Of a stretch of 64,000 nt of DNA, positions 9,885 to 18,928 are shown piece by piece (the first letter of the stretch is position 1; the number at the start of each line of letters is the position of its first letter). The position numbers and the translations under genes were made by a program. Under the pieces are notes generated by a model. That model ran no database searches, was not told where the DNA came from, and saw only the letters and a program-made list of their open reading frames with translations. Origin of the DNA: an uncultured Lachnospiraceae bacterium (lineage in GTDB: Bacteria; Bacillota; Clostridia; Oscillospirales; CAG-272); the NCBI GenBank assembly GCA_964568425.1, contig CAZMPO010000002.1, positions 82,840 to 146,839 of the forward strand, given 5' to 3'.

Positions 9885-10610
9885 ATGGATTATCTGAAAA
9901 TAAGACGACTGCTGTCGAAGGTTCGACACGCGGTCGATGAATACAATATGATAGAGGCCGGCGACAAGATCGCGGTCGGGATATCGGGCGGTAAGGATTC
10001 GACCGCCCTTGCTTGTGCGCTCGCGGATATGCGCCGCTTTTATCCGAAAAAATATGATATCTGCGGCATTATGGTCGATATGGGCTTTGAAGGCAGTGAT
10101 TTTAGCGAGATCACCGAGTTTTTCGAAAAAGCCGATATCGAGTTTCGGATAGTGCATACCGAGCTTGCCAAGATCATCTTTGATGTGAGAAAAGAACCGA
10201 ATCCCTGCTCGCTCTGTTCGCGTATGAGACGAGGGATACTTCATCAGGCGGCAAAGGAGATGGGCTGTAACAAGCTCGCTCTCGGTCACCATTACGATGA
10301 TGTTCTCGATACCTTCATAATGAATCTGTTTAATGAAGGAAGACTCGGGACTTTTTCGCCCGTGACATACCTCGACAGACGCGATATAACGGTAATTCGT
10401 CCGCTCATCCTCACCCCCGAGAGCGATATCATGTATTTTGTCAGGCAAAATCATCTGCCGATCATGAAAAGCTCCTGCCCCGAGGACAAGCATACCGACA
10501 GGGAAAAATATAAGACCCTCCTTAATACGCTTGATCGCGAAAATGACGGGCTCAAGCACAGAGTCTTCAAGGCGATACAAAAGGCAGGGCTTGACGGTTA
10601 CAAAGAGTGA
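9885..10610 (+). CDS. TtcA-like PP-loop ATPase (tRNA 2-thiocytidine biosynthesis family)
   Basis: PP-loop motif AVGISGGKDSTAL, then CSLCSRMRRG and ALGHHYDD. The ATG at 9885 is the first Met preceding the conserved region. Confidence 0.75.
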   Translation: MDYLKIRRLLSKVRHAVDEYNMIEAGDKIAVGISGGKDSTALACALADMRRFYPKKYDICGIMVDMGFEGSDFSEITEFFEKADIEFRIVHTELAKIIFDVRKEPNPCSLCSRMRRGILHQAAKEMGCNKLALGHHYDDVLDTFIMNLFNEGRLGTFSPVTYLDRRDITVIRPLILTPESDIMYFVRQNHLPIMKSSCPEDKHTDREKYKTLLNTLDRENDGLKHRVFKAIQKAGLDGYKE

Positions 10611-10788
10611 AAATGCCTAATCTCGTGCGTGAATATAAACCTTAAATTAAAAAACATGCAGATTGGAGAATTTGCATGCCGAAAAAACATTAAATTTGGT
10701 GAAAAATTTATAGAAATTCACACGGAGTTAACAAAAGGGCTGTATAATGAGAGTCGGAACATGACGATGGAAGGGCAGGCGATGAATA

Positions 10789-11547
10789 ATGCCGATTACC
10801 GTGTTCAAAAGGTATGAGAAAAAATATCTCGTTACCGATGAGCAGTACAGGACAATAATGGATTTTCTCTCCGACTATATGGTATTTGACAAATACTGCG
10901 TCGATGAGAAGGTGTACGGACTGCTTAACGTTTACTATGATACCCCCGACAACATCCTGATAGGAAGGTCTACCGATAAACCGCTTTATAAGGAAAAACT
11001 GAGACTTCGCTCGTATTTTCCGCCGAAAAACGAGGATTCGACCGTGTTTTTCGAGATAAAGCAAAAGTATAAAGGTATCGTCACAAAGCGTCGTGTCGTT
11101 ATGCGATACGGTGAGGCACTCGAGCTTACCGCAACAGGCAAGGCACCGCATCTTGCAGATGACTCGTATATGAACAGACAGGTCGCATACGAGATAGAGA
11201 AGATGTTTGACCGCTACAAGGGACTTGCTCCTGCAGTGTTTATCTCCTACGACCGAATGGCAATGTTCGGCAAGGAGGACAAGGAGTTCCGCCTGACATT
11301 TGACAGAAATATCAAGGTTCGGCGCGATCATCCCACATTTGAGGGCGGACTTGACGGCGATGAGATACTCCCTGTGGGCAAACAGCTCATGGAGATCAAG
11401 ATCCCCAACACCATGCCGCTTTGGATGGCGAGATTTTTGTCTGATAATGCCATTTTCAACAGCAGCTTTTCCAAATACGGAAAAGAGTACGAATATAGAC
11501 TTAAGGGCAAGGACGCTCTCGCCCGTGTCGAATCTGACGAATATTAA
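10789..11547 (+). CDS. VTC-domain (polyphosphate polymerase-like, CYTH fold) protein
   Basis: N-terminus FKRYEKKYLV plus YYDTPDN and YKEKLRLRSY is typical of bacterial VTC-domain proteins. Length 252 aa. Confidence 0.7.
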   Translation: MPITVFKRYEKKYLVTDEQYRTIMDFLSDYMVFDKYCVDEKVYGLLNVYYDTPDNILIGRSTDKPLYKEKLRLRSYFPPKNEDSTVFFEIKQKYKGIVTKRRVVMRYGEALELTATGKAPHLADDSYMNRQVAYEIEKMFDRYKGLAPAVFISYDRMAMFGKEDKEFRLTFDRNIKVRRDHPTFEGGLDGDEILPVGKQLMEIKIPNTMPLWMARFLSDNAIFNSSFSKYGKEYEYRLKGKDALARVESDEY

Positions 11548-11634
11548 GTCGAGCGCGATCGGCTTAAATATAAAACTCGACCGATAAATGTGTCGATCAT
11601 TAATGTCTTTAATGAAAGAAAGGATCTTAAAGAA

Positions 11635-12315
11635 ATGTTCAACATTGAATCTATTATCACGGGACAGTTTACCGCACTGCTCCTGTTTGCGATCATGGGC
11701 ATATCGCTCGTTTGCGGACTCATTCTCGCATTCGTCTATATGTTCGTAAATCGCAAAACCGGTTATTCGAACGGACTTGCGACGACGCTCGCAGTCCTCC
11801 CCGTTGTTATCAGCGTTATCGTTCTGCTCGTAAACAACAACTGGGCGGCGGCACTCACACTAGGCGGTGCGTTTACGATCATAAGATTCCGTACAACGCA
11901 GAGCAACCCGAAAGACCTTACATATGTTTTCACAGCACTCGGCGCGGGACTTGCCGCAGGTATGGGCTTTGTCGCTGTCGCGCTCATCCTCACCGTTATG
12001 ATCGCACTTGTTTCGGTCGTTCTTTCGGTCGTCGGATTTGCGACACCCCGCGTGCCTAAGATGATGCTCAAGATATCCATCCCCGAGAGCCTTAACTATG
12101 TCGGCGTTTTCGACGAGGTTTTCGGCAAATATCTCTCGAATTGGCAGCTCAGCAAGGTAAAATCGAGCAATTTCGGTACAATGTTCGATCTTTCCTTCGT
12201 TGTCAATTTCAAGAAGGATATCAATCAGAAGGAGTTTCTCGATGAGCTTCGCGCGCTCAACGGCAACCTCAATATCATGATCCAAGACTATATCTTCAAT
12301 CCCGACGAGCAGTAA
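11635..12315 (+). CDS. DUF4956 membrane protein
   Basis: Three to four TM helices followed by IIRFRT and a soluble C-terminal domain. This family is the usual partner of bacterial VTC-domain genes. ATG 11635 has an aaagga SD. Confidence 0.65.
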   Translation: MFNIESIITGQFTALLLFAIMGISLVCGLILAFVYMFVNRKTGYSNGLATTLAVLPVVISVIVLLVNNNWAAALTLGGAFTIIRFRTTQSNPKDLTYVFTALGAGLAAGMGFVAVALILTVMIALVSVVLSVVGFATPRVPKMMLKISIPESLNYVGVFDEVFGKYLSNWQLSKVKSSNFGTMFDLSFVVNFKKDINQKEFLDELRALNGNLNIMIQDYIFNPDEQ

Positions 12316-12332
12316 GAGAGGTCTTGTATAAA

Positions 12333-12995
12333 ATGAAGAAAATCACACGAATTTTTTCGGTTTTTCTCGCGGCATTCATGCTTTTGACCGTATTCTCGTC
12401 CTGCTTGGACGATGAAGACGCCAACAATACCCCCGAGTCTCCGGACAATGAAAAAGTCAACACCACATTCGAGTCTCCGTACAGCTTCGATTTCGGAACT
12501 GTCATCAAAGCGGAGATAACCGTCAAGGATTTCGGCAAGATCTCGCTTGATCTCTATCCCGATGAAGCACCGAAGACGGTCGATAATTTCGTCGAGCTTG
12601 CGGAAAAAGGCTTTTACGACGGACTCATTTTCCACCGCGTGATCAGCGGATTTATGATCCAAGGCGGCGACCCCACGGGTACGGGCTACGGCATTGACGG
12701 TCAGCCGACTGTCGAGGGCGAGTTCACCGCAAATAAAATAAGAAATCGCATATCGCATGTCAGAGGTGTCATTTCAATGGCAAGAAAGGGCGGCGATAAC
12801 AACAGCGCGACCTCGCAGTTCTTTATCGTTCATGCCGACAGCCCCGCATCACTCGATGGACAGTATGCCGCATTCGGTTGTGTTACCGATGGAATGGATG
12901 TAGTTGATGCCATCGCCGCAGTCGAAACCAATACATCCGATAAACCGCTCTCTAATGTTGAGATCGAAAGCGTCAAGATAATAAAGAGCAAATAA
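12333..12995 (+). CDS. cyclophilin-type peptidyl-prolyl isomerase, predicted lipoprotein
   Basis: Signal peptide plus lipobox (LLTVFSSC). Cyclophilin motifs: FHRVISGFMIQGGDPTGTG, SMARKGGDNNSATSQFFI. Confidence 0.85.
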   Translation: MKKITRIFSVFLAAFMLLTVFSSCLDDEDANNTPESPDNEKVNTTFESPYSFDFGTVIKAEITVKDFGKISLDLYPDEAPKTVDNFVELAEKGFYDGLIFHRVISGFMIQGGDPTGTGYGIDGQPTVEGEFTANKIRNRISHVRGVISMARKGGDNNSATSQFFIVHADSPASLDGQYAAFGCVTDGMDVVDAIAAVETNTSDKPLSNVEIESVKIIKSK

Positions 12996-13043
12996 AAGAT
13001 ACAAATGAACATTCCTATATAATCGAAAGGAAGTATTTTATCT

Positions 13044-13865
13044 ATGGTTTTAATGAAAATAAAAGATCTCGGGACAATAAAGCTTGAGCTTTATCCCGAT
13101 GATGCGCCTATAACGGTCGATAACTTTGTCTCACTCGCAAGCAGCGGATTTTACGACGGACTTATATTCCATCGTGTTATAAACGATTTTATGATCCAAG
13201 GCGGCGACCCCACGGGCACGGGACTCGGCTCTCCCGATCAAAAGCGCATAAAGGGCGAATTTGAGGCAAACGGTATCAAAAATCCCGTAAAGCACACGAG
13301 AGGCACTATCTCAATGGCGCGTTCGCAGAACTATAACAGCGCAAGCTCACAGTTCTTTATTTGTCACACCGACTGCAACTTCCTCGACGGACAGTATGCG
13401 GCATTCGGCAGAGTGACCGAGGGCATGGATATCGTTGATAAGATCGCCACATGCATGACCGATCATAACGACCGTCCGATCGAAAAAGTCGTTATCGAGG
13501 AGGTGTCGATCGTCCCCGATGAGATCCCCGATTGCCTTTTCTGTAAGATCGCGACAGATCTTATTCCGTCGACCAAGATCTACGAGGATCGCTATATGCT
13601 CGCATTTAAGGATATAAATTCGCAGGCGGCTGTTCATGCGGTCGTCATCCCCAAAAAGCACATAATGAGCCTTGACGATATAAATGCCGATAACTCTGTC
13701 GTTGTTTCGAGAATATTCGAAAAAATACCGCATATCGCAAAGCTTGCCGGTGCAAATAACGGATATCGCGTCGTTTCCAACTGCAAAATGGACGGACGTC
13801 AGAGCGTTATGCATCTCCATTTCCATATACTCGGCGGTCAGGAACTGTCTGACAAGATGGCGTAA
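13044..13865 (+). CDS. cyclophilin PPIase fused to a HIT (HinT-like) domain
   Basis: One continuous 273-aa ORF. The N-terminal cyclophilin shows FHRVINDFMIQGGDPTGTG. The C-terminal HIT domain shows CLFCKI...VHAVVIPKKH...HLHFHILGG. Confidence 0.8.
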   Translation: MVLMKIKDLGTIKLELYPDDAPITVDNFVSLASSGFYDGLIFHRVINDFMIQGGDPTGTGLGSPDQKRIKGEFEANGIKNPVKHTRGTISMARSQNYNSASSQFFICHTDCNFLDGQYAAFGRVTEGMDIVDKIATCMTDHNDRPIEKVVIEEVSIVPDEIPDCLFCKIATDLIPSTKIYEDRYMLAFKDINSQAAVHAVVIPKKHIMSLDDINADNSVVVSRIFEKIPHIAKLAGANNGYRVVSNCKMDGRQSVMHLHFHILGGQELSDKMA

Positions 13866-13938
13866 GACCTCGCTTTTCCCAAAGCTGTCGCATTTTATCG
13901 CGACAGCTTTGAACTTTTCGTAAAATTATAATAAAATA

Positions 13939-13967
13939 TTGACATGAGGACAAAAATAAGTTATAAT
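13939..13967 (+). promoter_or_regulatory. sigma-A type promoter (TTGACA-17-TATAAT)
   Basis: TTGACA at 13939-13944 and TATAAT at 13962-13967, upstream of the DUF1858 gene. Confidence 0.6.
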
Positions 13968-14011
13968 ATAAGAGTGTCCGCAAAAAGCGGTCAAAAGAAA
14001 GGAATATAACA

Positions 14012-14221
14012 ATGAAGGTAACAAAAGATACACTTATCGGAGATATTCTCGATTATGATGTCGAGACAGCACAGTTCTTTTTTGAAATTGGCATGCACTG
14101 CCTCGGATGCCCTGCATCAAGAGGCGAGAGCATAGAGATGGCATGTGCCGTTCATGATACCGATGCCGATGCACTTGTCAAGAAGATCAACGAGTACCTC
14201 GAGGGCAAAGGCGATAAATGA
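14012..14221 (+). CDS. DUF1858 domain protein
   Basis: 69 aa with the motif FFFEIGMHCLGCPAS. SD aaaggaa precedes the ATG. Confidence 0.7.
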   Translation: MKVTKDTLIGDILDYDVETAQFFFEIGMHCLGCPASRGESIEMACAVHDTDADALVKKINEYLEGKGDK

Positions 14222-14929
14222 AGGGATGAACTCTCTCCCCGACTTGCCGCGGCGGCAAAATATGCAAGACAGGACCGCGTCGTCGCCGATATTGGCACAG
14301 ATCACGCGTATCTGCCGATATGGCTCGTTTCCAACAGGATATCGAGCCGTGCCGTCGCGTCCGATGTGAGAGACGGTCCGCTCGAGCGTGCAAGGGCAAA
14401 TATTCGTGCATACGGGCTTTCGGACAGGATACAGACATGCCTTGCCGACGGTCTTTGCGGCATCGAGAGCTATGCCCCCGATGATATTTTTATTTGCGGT
14501 ATGGGCGGCGAGCTGATAGTAAAGATCATCGATGCCGCACCCTTCTTACGCTCGAAAAAAATTCGGCTGATCCTTCAACCCATGACCCATGCCGAAACAC
14601 TTCGTCGCTATCTTGCCGATGTCGGTTTTGACATTGTCGATGAAGAGATCGCGGTCGAGAAAAGCGGAAAGGTCTATCAGATCATCGTTGCCGAGTATTC
14701 GGGTGTCGCTTATCGGCTGACAGAAGTCGAGTGTTTGCTCGGACGGGTCAATATAAAAAAGGGCGGCAGTAAACTTCAAACTCTTGCCGCCGGCATTCTG
14801 CGTGCGATCGATACCAAAATAAAAGGTCTTCGCACGGCAGGCATCCCCGACTGCGAGATCCGCTCGCTGAGATTGGAGATCATGAAAACTTTGAAAGGAG
14901 AGAACGGACGAAATGATGAAAATACGTGA
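14222..14929 (+). CDS. trmK: tRNA (adenine22-N1)-methyltransferase TrmK, with a frame anomaly at the start
   Basis: The frame is open from 14222 and encodes ..LSPRLAAAAKYARQDRVVADIGTDHAYLPIWLV..DGLCGIE..ICGMGGELI. No ATG/GTG/TTG occurs in this frame before GTG 14366. ATG 14226 is one nt out of frame. The gene is followed by a Nif3 gene, as in the B. subtilis yqfN-yqfO pair. Confidence 0.75.
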   Translation, partial: RDELSPRLAAAAKYARQDRVVADIGTDHAYLPIWLVSNRISSRAVASDVRDGPLERARANIRAYGLSDRIQTCLADGLCGIESYAPDDIFICGMGGELIVKIIDAAPFLRSKKIRLILQPMTHAETLRRYLADVGFDIVDEEIAVEKSGKVYQIIVAEYSGVAYRLTEVECLLGRVNIKKGGSKLQTLAAGILRAIDTKIKGLRTAGIPDCEIRSLRLEIMKTLKGENGRNDENT

Positions 14930-15683
14930 TATATATAACCGCATGAACGAGCTTTGTCCGTCCTCGCTTTCACTTGATTGGGATAACGACGGAATCATGT
15001 GTATGCCTGATTCCGACATGTCGGTGGGCAGGATACTGCTCACACTCGATATCACAAATGGTGCTGTCGAATTTGCAGGTAAAAACGGCGCGGAACTGAT
15101 AATTTCGCACCATCCGCTCCTTTTTAAGCCGCTAAAAAGACTTTCGGCATCAGATCTTACCGGTGGGAAGCTTTTGACTCTTGCAGGGAGCAACATTGCC
15201 GCAATGTCCTTTCATACAAGGCTCGATGCGGCAGACGGCGGCGTGAACGACGCACTTGCCGAAAAATTGTCGCTTGTCGGTGTAAAACCGTTCGGCGAGG
15301 ACGGCGAGATGATAGGCAGGGTCGGAGAGGTTCGCGAGTGTAAACTTTCCGAGTTTGTGCTCTTTGTCAAAGAAAGGCTCGGTATCAAGCATCCCGTAAG
15401 CGTTGTCGATGCAGGCAGACCGGTCAGACGCGTTGCCGTGCTGGGCGGAGCGGGGAAGGATTTTATCGCATCCGCGATAGAGGTCGGTGCCGATACCTTT
15501 GTGACGGGCGAGGTCGGGTATAACGCTCTTGTCGATGCAAAGGACATGGGGCTGAATATCATCCTTGGCGGACATTATCACACCGAGCGTCCGATTCTTG
15601 ATAAGATAAGAGACACCCTTGCCGCCACCGATCGAACACTTGAATTTCTGTTTTACGACTGCGATCCCGAGCAATTCTACTGA
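14913..15683 (+). CDS. Nif3-like dinuclear metal centre protein
   Basis: Motifs: WDNDGIMC, LIISHHPLLFKP, MSFHTRLD, GGHYHTE. Conserved neighbour of trmK. Confidence 0.85.
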   Translation: MMKIRDIYNRMNELCPSSLSLDWDNDGIMCMPDSDMSVGRILLTLDITNGAVEFAGKNGAELIISHHPLLFKPLKRLSASDLTGGKLLTLAGSNIAAMSFHTRLDAADGGVNDALAEKLSLVGVKPFGEDGEMIGRVGEVRECKLSEFVLFVKERLGIKHPVSVVDAGRPVRRVAVLGGAGKDFIASAIEVGADTFVTGEVGYNALVDAKDMGLNIILGGHYHTERPILDKIRDTLAATDRTLEFLFYDCDPEQFY

Positions 15684-15752
15684 CGGTCATCGAGAAAATT
15701 TCATTAAATCGGCAAATATTTGAATTTATGACATAAGAAAGAGGTTTTAACG

Positions 15753-16859
15753 ATGATCATACAGCTTGAAGAAGCAAAAATCAAACTCAGAGCACTGCGC
15801 GAGGATGTCGCGGAGCTTTACAATTCACTGCGCATCGAGGCTTGCGAGAAGAAGGTCGAGGAGCTTGAGCGCATGACATATGAACCCGATTTTTGGGCAG
15901 ATGCATCAAAATCGGGCAAGATACTGCAAGAACTTAAGGGACTCAAAAAGAAGGTCGAGGATTATCACAGCCTTGAGTCAAGACTCGAGGATGCACTGTC
16001 GCTTGCCGAGCTTGCAATAGAGGAAAATGATGAGTCCTTTACCGACGAGGTCCTCTCCGAGCAGGAGGTGATCGAAAACGATGCCGAGACCATGCGTCTT
16101 TCCGCACTGCTCACGGGCGAATATGATGCAAATAACGCAATTCTCACATTCCACCCGGGCGCGGGCGGAACGGAGGCACAGGACTGGGCTATGATGCTCT
16201 ATCGTATGTACACAAGATGGGGCGAGAAGCACGGATTTGATGTCAAGCTTATCGATTGGCTTGACGGCGATGAGGCTGGCATAAAGAGTGCGACCGTCAG
16301 CATCAACGGCACCAACGCGTACGGCTTTCTCAAGAGCGAAAACGGCGTACACCGCCTCGTTCGCGTCTCTCCCTTTGATGCCTCCGGAAGGCGTCAGACC
16401 TCGTTTGCATCGGTTGAGGTTATGCCCGAGCTTGAGGATGACGGCTCTATAGAGATCCGCCCCGAGGATATCGAAGTGACCGCACACCGTTCGAGCGGCG
16501 CGGGCGGTCAGCATATCAACAAGACCGACTCGGCGATCAGAATACTTCATATCCCGACGGGTATCGTTGTCGGATGCCAGACCGAGCGCAGTCAGCTGCA
16601 AAACAAGGAAACCGCCATGCATATGCTTAGAAGCAAACTCATGGAGATCAAGATACAGCAAAATCTGCAGAAGATCGACGACATCAAGGGAATCAAGGCA
16701 AATATTGAGTGGGGCGCACAGATCCGCTCGTACGTCTTCATGCCCTATACGCTCGCAAAGGATACGAGAACATCCTATGAAGAGGTCAATATTCAGTCTG
16801 TCATGGACGGCAATATCGACGGATTTATCAACGCTTATCTTAAAATGAACGCAAAATAA
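15753..16859 (+). CDS. prfB: peptide chain release factor 2 (uninterrupted ORF)
   Basis: SPF motif (VRVSPFDA) and GGQ motif (SGAGGQHINKTDSAIRI). Length 368 aa. No internal TGA frameshift site. Confidence 0.9.
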   Translation: MIIQLEEAKIKLRALREDVAELYNSLRIEACEKKVEELERMTYEPDFWADASKSGKILQELKGLKKKVEDYHSLESRLEDALSLAELAIEENDESFTDEVLSEQEVIENDAETMRLSALLTGEYDANNAILTFHPGAGGTEAQDWAMMLYRMYTRWGEKHGFDVKLIDWLDGDEAGIKSATVSINGTNAYGFLKSENGVHRLVRVSPFDASGRRQTSFASVEVMPELEDDGSIEIRPEDIEVTAHRSSGAGGQHINKTDSAIRILHIPTGIVVGCQTERSQLQNKETAMHMLRSKLMEIKIQQNLQKIDDIKGIKANIEWGAQIRSYVFMPYTLAKDTRTSYEEVNIQSVMDGNIDGFINAYLKMNAK

Positions 16860-16867
16860 TATCAAAA

Positions 16868-16904
16868 CTCTCACCTGTTCCGCAAAAAGCGGAACAGGTG
16901 AGAG
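16868..16904 (+). terminator. hairpin terminator after prfB
   Basis: 16-bp perfect stem, ctctcacctgttccgc pairing with gcggaacaggtgagag. The downstream T-run is weak. Confidence 0.6.
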
Positions 16905-16942
16905 CGTTAAAATTATATTTACAAAAAACTTTTTGAAATCTA

Positions 16943-16971
16943 TTGAAAAAGCGAGAGATTTGTGATATAAT
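16943..16971 (+). promoter_or_regulatory. sigma-A type promoter (TTGAAA-17-TATAAT, TG-extended) upstream of the SRP RNA
   Basis: TTGAAA at 16943-16948 and TATAAT at 16966-16971. Confidence 0.55.
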
Positions 16972-17016
16972 ACACAGAGATAGGTTGTAAACTTATAATA
17001 AATAAAGGATATAAAA

Positions 17017-17292
17017 TAGGACCATACCGGCCGGGGAGATAGCGGTGCCTTGTAACCTGCAATCCGCTACAGCAGGGGTGGTTTCCGTCTTCGAGGGCAG
17101 CTCGTGTATGGTCTGCACCGAGTTTTCGTGTGTTGAAGGATGGGTCCTGTGCAATCGTCGCCCGTGAACCATGTCAGGTGGGGAACCAAGCAGCATTAAG
17201 CGGGTACGGCGATGTGCCACAGGTTCGCCTGTTCGGAGCATGAGGCTCCTTTTCCGCATATACGGACTGTTCGAAGAGCGGTGTATGGTCTT
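17017..17292 (+). ncRNA. ffs: signal recognition particle RNA, large Bacillus/Clostridium type
   Basis: Domain IV-like motif gtcaggtggggaaccaagcagc. The 5' ggaccatacc (17019-) pairs with the 3' gtgtatggtc (17281-17290). It sits directly upstream of dnaX, as the SRP RNA gene does in Bacillus. Ends are approximate. Confidence 0.8.
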
Positions 17293-17332
17293 ATTTTATG
17301 TCCTTTATTTTTCTGCTCGGAGGTGACGCTTT

Positions 17333-18895
17333 TTGCATCAGGCATTGTACAGAAAATGGCGACCCACCGCATTTCGCGATGTTGTCGGTCAGGATCATAT
17401 AACAAAAGTTCTCGAATATGAGGCGGCAAACGGCAAATTAAATCACGCTTACCTCTTTTGCGGATCGAGGGGAACAGGAAAAACCACCTGCGCAAAGATC
17501 CTTGCAAAGGCTGCCAACTGCGAGCATCTCACAAACGGCAACCCCTGCAATATGTGTCCGTCGTGCAAGGCGATCGATTCGGGCGCATCGCTCGATGTTC
17601 TCGAAATGGACGCGGCGAGCAATACGGGCGTCGATTATATTCGCGATATTCGTGACGAGGTGATCTATACCCCCTCCGAGATGGGCACGCGCGTGTATAT
17701 TATCGACGAGGTCCACATGCTTTCCGAGTCCGCCTTTAACGCACTCCTCAAAACGCTCGAGGAACCGCCGCCAAAGGTAATATTCGTCCTCGCAACCACC
17801 GAGCTGCAAAAGATCCCGGCGACGATCGTTTCAAGATGTCAAAGGTTCGATTTCAGACGCATCCCGGTGTCCGATATCGTTTCGAGGCTTTCGTACATAG
17901 CCGAAAACGAAAAGATCGATCTCACAAATGAGGGTGCGAGACTTATCGCCAAGCTTGCCCAGGGCGGCATGCGTGATTCCATCAGCATGCTCGAGCTTTG
18001 CGCATCGGACGGTGAGAAGATCACGCTCGAGAAGGTCGAGGCGGCGGCAGGCGTTGTCGGACGAGAAAGCATTGTCCGCTCGGTCAGGGCGATAATCGAC
18101 AAAAAGCCCAAAATACTGCTCTCCGAGGTCGCATCGGTATTCAGATCATCACGCGATATTTCGGTGTATCTTGGCGATATTTCGCTTTTCTATCGAGATA
18201 TGATGGTGCAAAAGGCGATGAACATAAGCTCAGCAGCCGCTGTTTCGAAGGATATACTCGATGTTTCGGAAAACGAGCTCTCGGATCTTGCAAATCTTGC
18301 CGGTATGATGAGATATTCGACGATGATATATCACTCGAAGCTGCTTGAGTCGGCGATACTCTCGATAAATCGCGGTGCTGATAAGCGAATAACCGCCGAG
18401 ATGGCACTTATACGCATGTGCAGTGAAGCGGCTGACGACTCAAACGAGGCACTGTCCGCAAGGATCGACAGCCTTGACGAAAGACTCACGCAGTATATGG
18501 CAGGCTCGCCAAAACCAATGACGCTAAGTGTCCCCGAGACGGAAATAATTGCCCCTCCGACAACCGAAGAAAATCCGCCCCAAGAAGACGACACGCTCGT
18601 TGGTAAGACCGTCGAAACGCGCGAGTACGAGGGTTGGCAGGAGCTTGTCGAGTGCTACGAAAAGGTCGATAAGGGTGCGGCAGCGTTTTTGTCGAACGCG
18701 ACATTTGAGCTTTCGTCAGACGGCAGACTTATCGTAAAGCTCCGCGACGCGTTTGCCAAAACGATACTTACCGATAAAAAGACCCCCGATGCGCTTTTGT
18801 CGCTCGTACGGGCAAGAGGCGAGAGGGTTGGCTCGGTCGAGCTTGTGGTTGAGAAAAAACAGATCGAAAAGAATCTTTTCGACGATCTTTTTTAA
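17333..18895 (+). CDS. dnaX: DNA polymerase III subunit gamma/tau
   Basis: TTG start with SD ggaggtga. Motifs: ALYRKWRP, CGSRGTGKTT, Zn module CEHLTNGNPCNMCPSC, IDEVHML. Confidence 0.9.
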   Translation: MHQALYRKWRPTAFRDVVGQDHITKVLEYEAANGKLNHAYLFCGSRGTGKTTCAKILAKAANCEHLTNGNPCNMCPSCKAIDSGASLDVLEMDAASNTGVDYIRDIRDEVIYTPSEMGTRVYIIDEVHMLSESAFNALLKTLEEPPPKVIFVLATTELQKIPATIVSRCQRFDFRRIPVSDIVSRLSYIAENEKIDLTNEGARLIAKLAQGGMRDSISMLELCASDGEKITLEKVEAAAGVVGRESIVRSVRAIIDKKPKILLSEVASVFRSSRDISVYLGDISLFYRDMMVQKAMNISSAAAVSKDILDVSENELSDLANLAGMMRYSTMIYHSKLLESAILSINRGADKRITAEMALIRMCSEAADDSNEALSARIDSLDERLTQYMAGSPKPMTLSVPETEIIAPPTTEENPPQEDDTLVGKTVETREYEGWQELVECYEKVDKGAAAFLSNATFELSSDGRLIVKLRDAFAKTILTDKKTPDALLSLVRARGERVGSVELVVEKKQIEKNLFDDLF

Positions 18896-18928
18896 TAATT
18901 TAATTATAACGAAAAGGAATTGACACTT

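Noticed and set aside
9795-10580. The N-terminal 262 aa of track ORF 9222..10580, which would extend the amidase.
   Set aside because: This part is antisense to the PP-loop ATPase gene and has no protein-like features. The amidase domain begins cleanly at ATG 9794.
10629-10817. A 62-aa ORF in the AT-rich intergenic region upstream of the VTC gene.
   Set aside because: It has no SD, its composition is AT-driven and low-complexity, and it overlaps the start of the VTC gene. The interval more likely holds a promoter and leader (an extended -10 tgtataat is present).
14219-14221. TGA read-through or alternative genetic code that would fuse DUF1858 to TrmK, since both are in the same frame.
   Set aside because: TGA clearly terminates many well-defined genes in this window (for example the ABC-F gene, der and alaS), so the standard code applies. 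The in-frame arrangement has a 1-in-3 chance expectation, and a 1-nt indel after ATG 14226 is the simpler explanation.
15753-15900. Expected programmed +1 frameshift site (CTT TGA C) in prfB.
   Set aside because: The RF2 ORF is continuous from ATG 15753 through the region homologous to the E. coli frameshift site (…SLRIEACEKK…). There is no in-frame TGA, so this prfB is a non-frameshifting type.
18850-18880. The A-rich stretch gagaaaaaacag near the 3' end of dnaX as a possible gamma/tau frameshift site.
   Set aside because: It lies only about 10 codons before the natural stop, so it cannot generate a truncated gamma subunit. No A-AAA-AAG heptamer plus hairpin is seen mid-gene.
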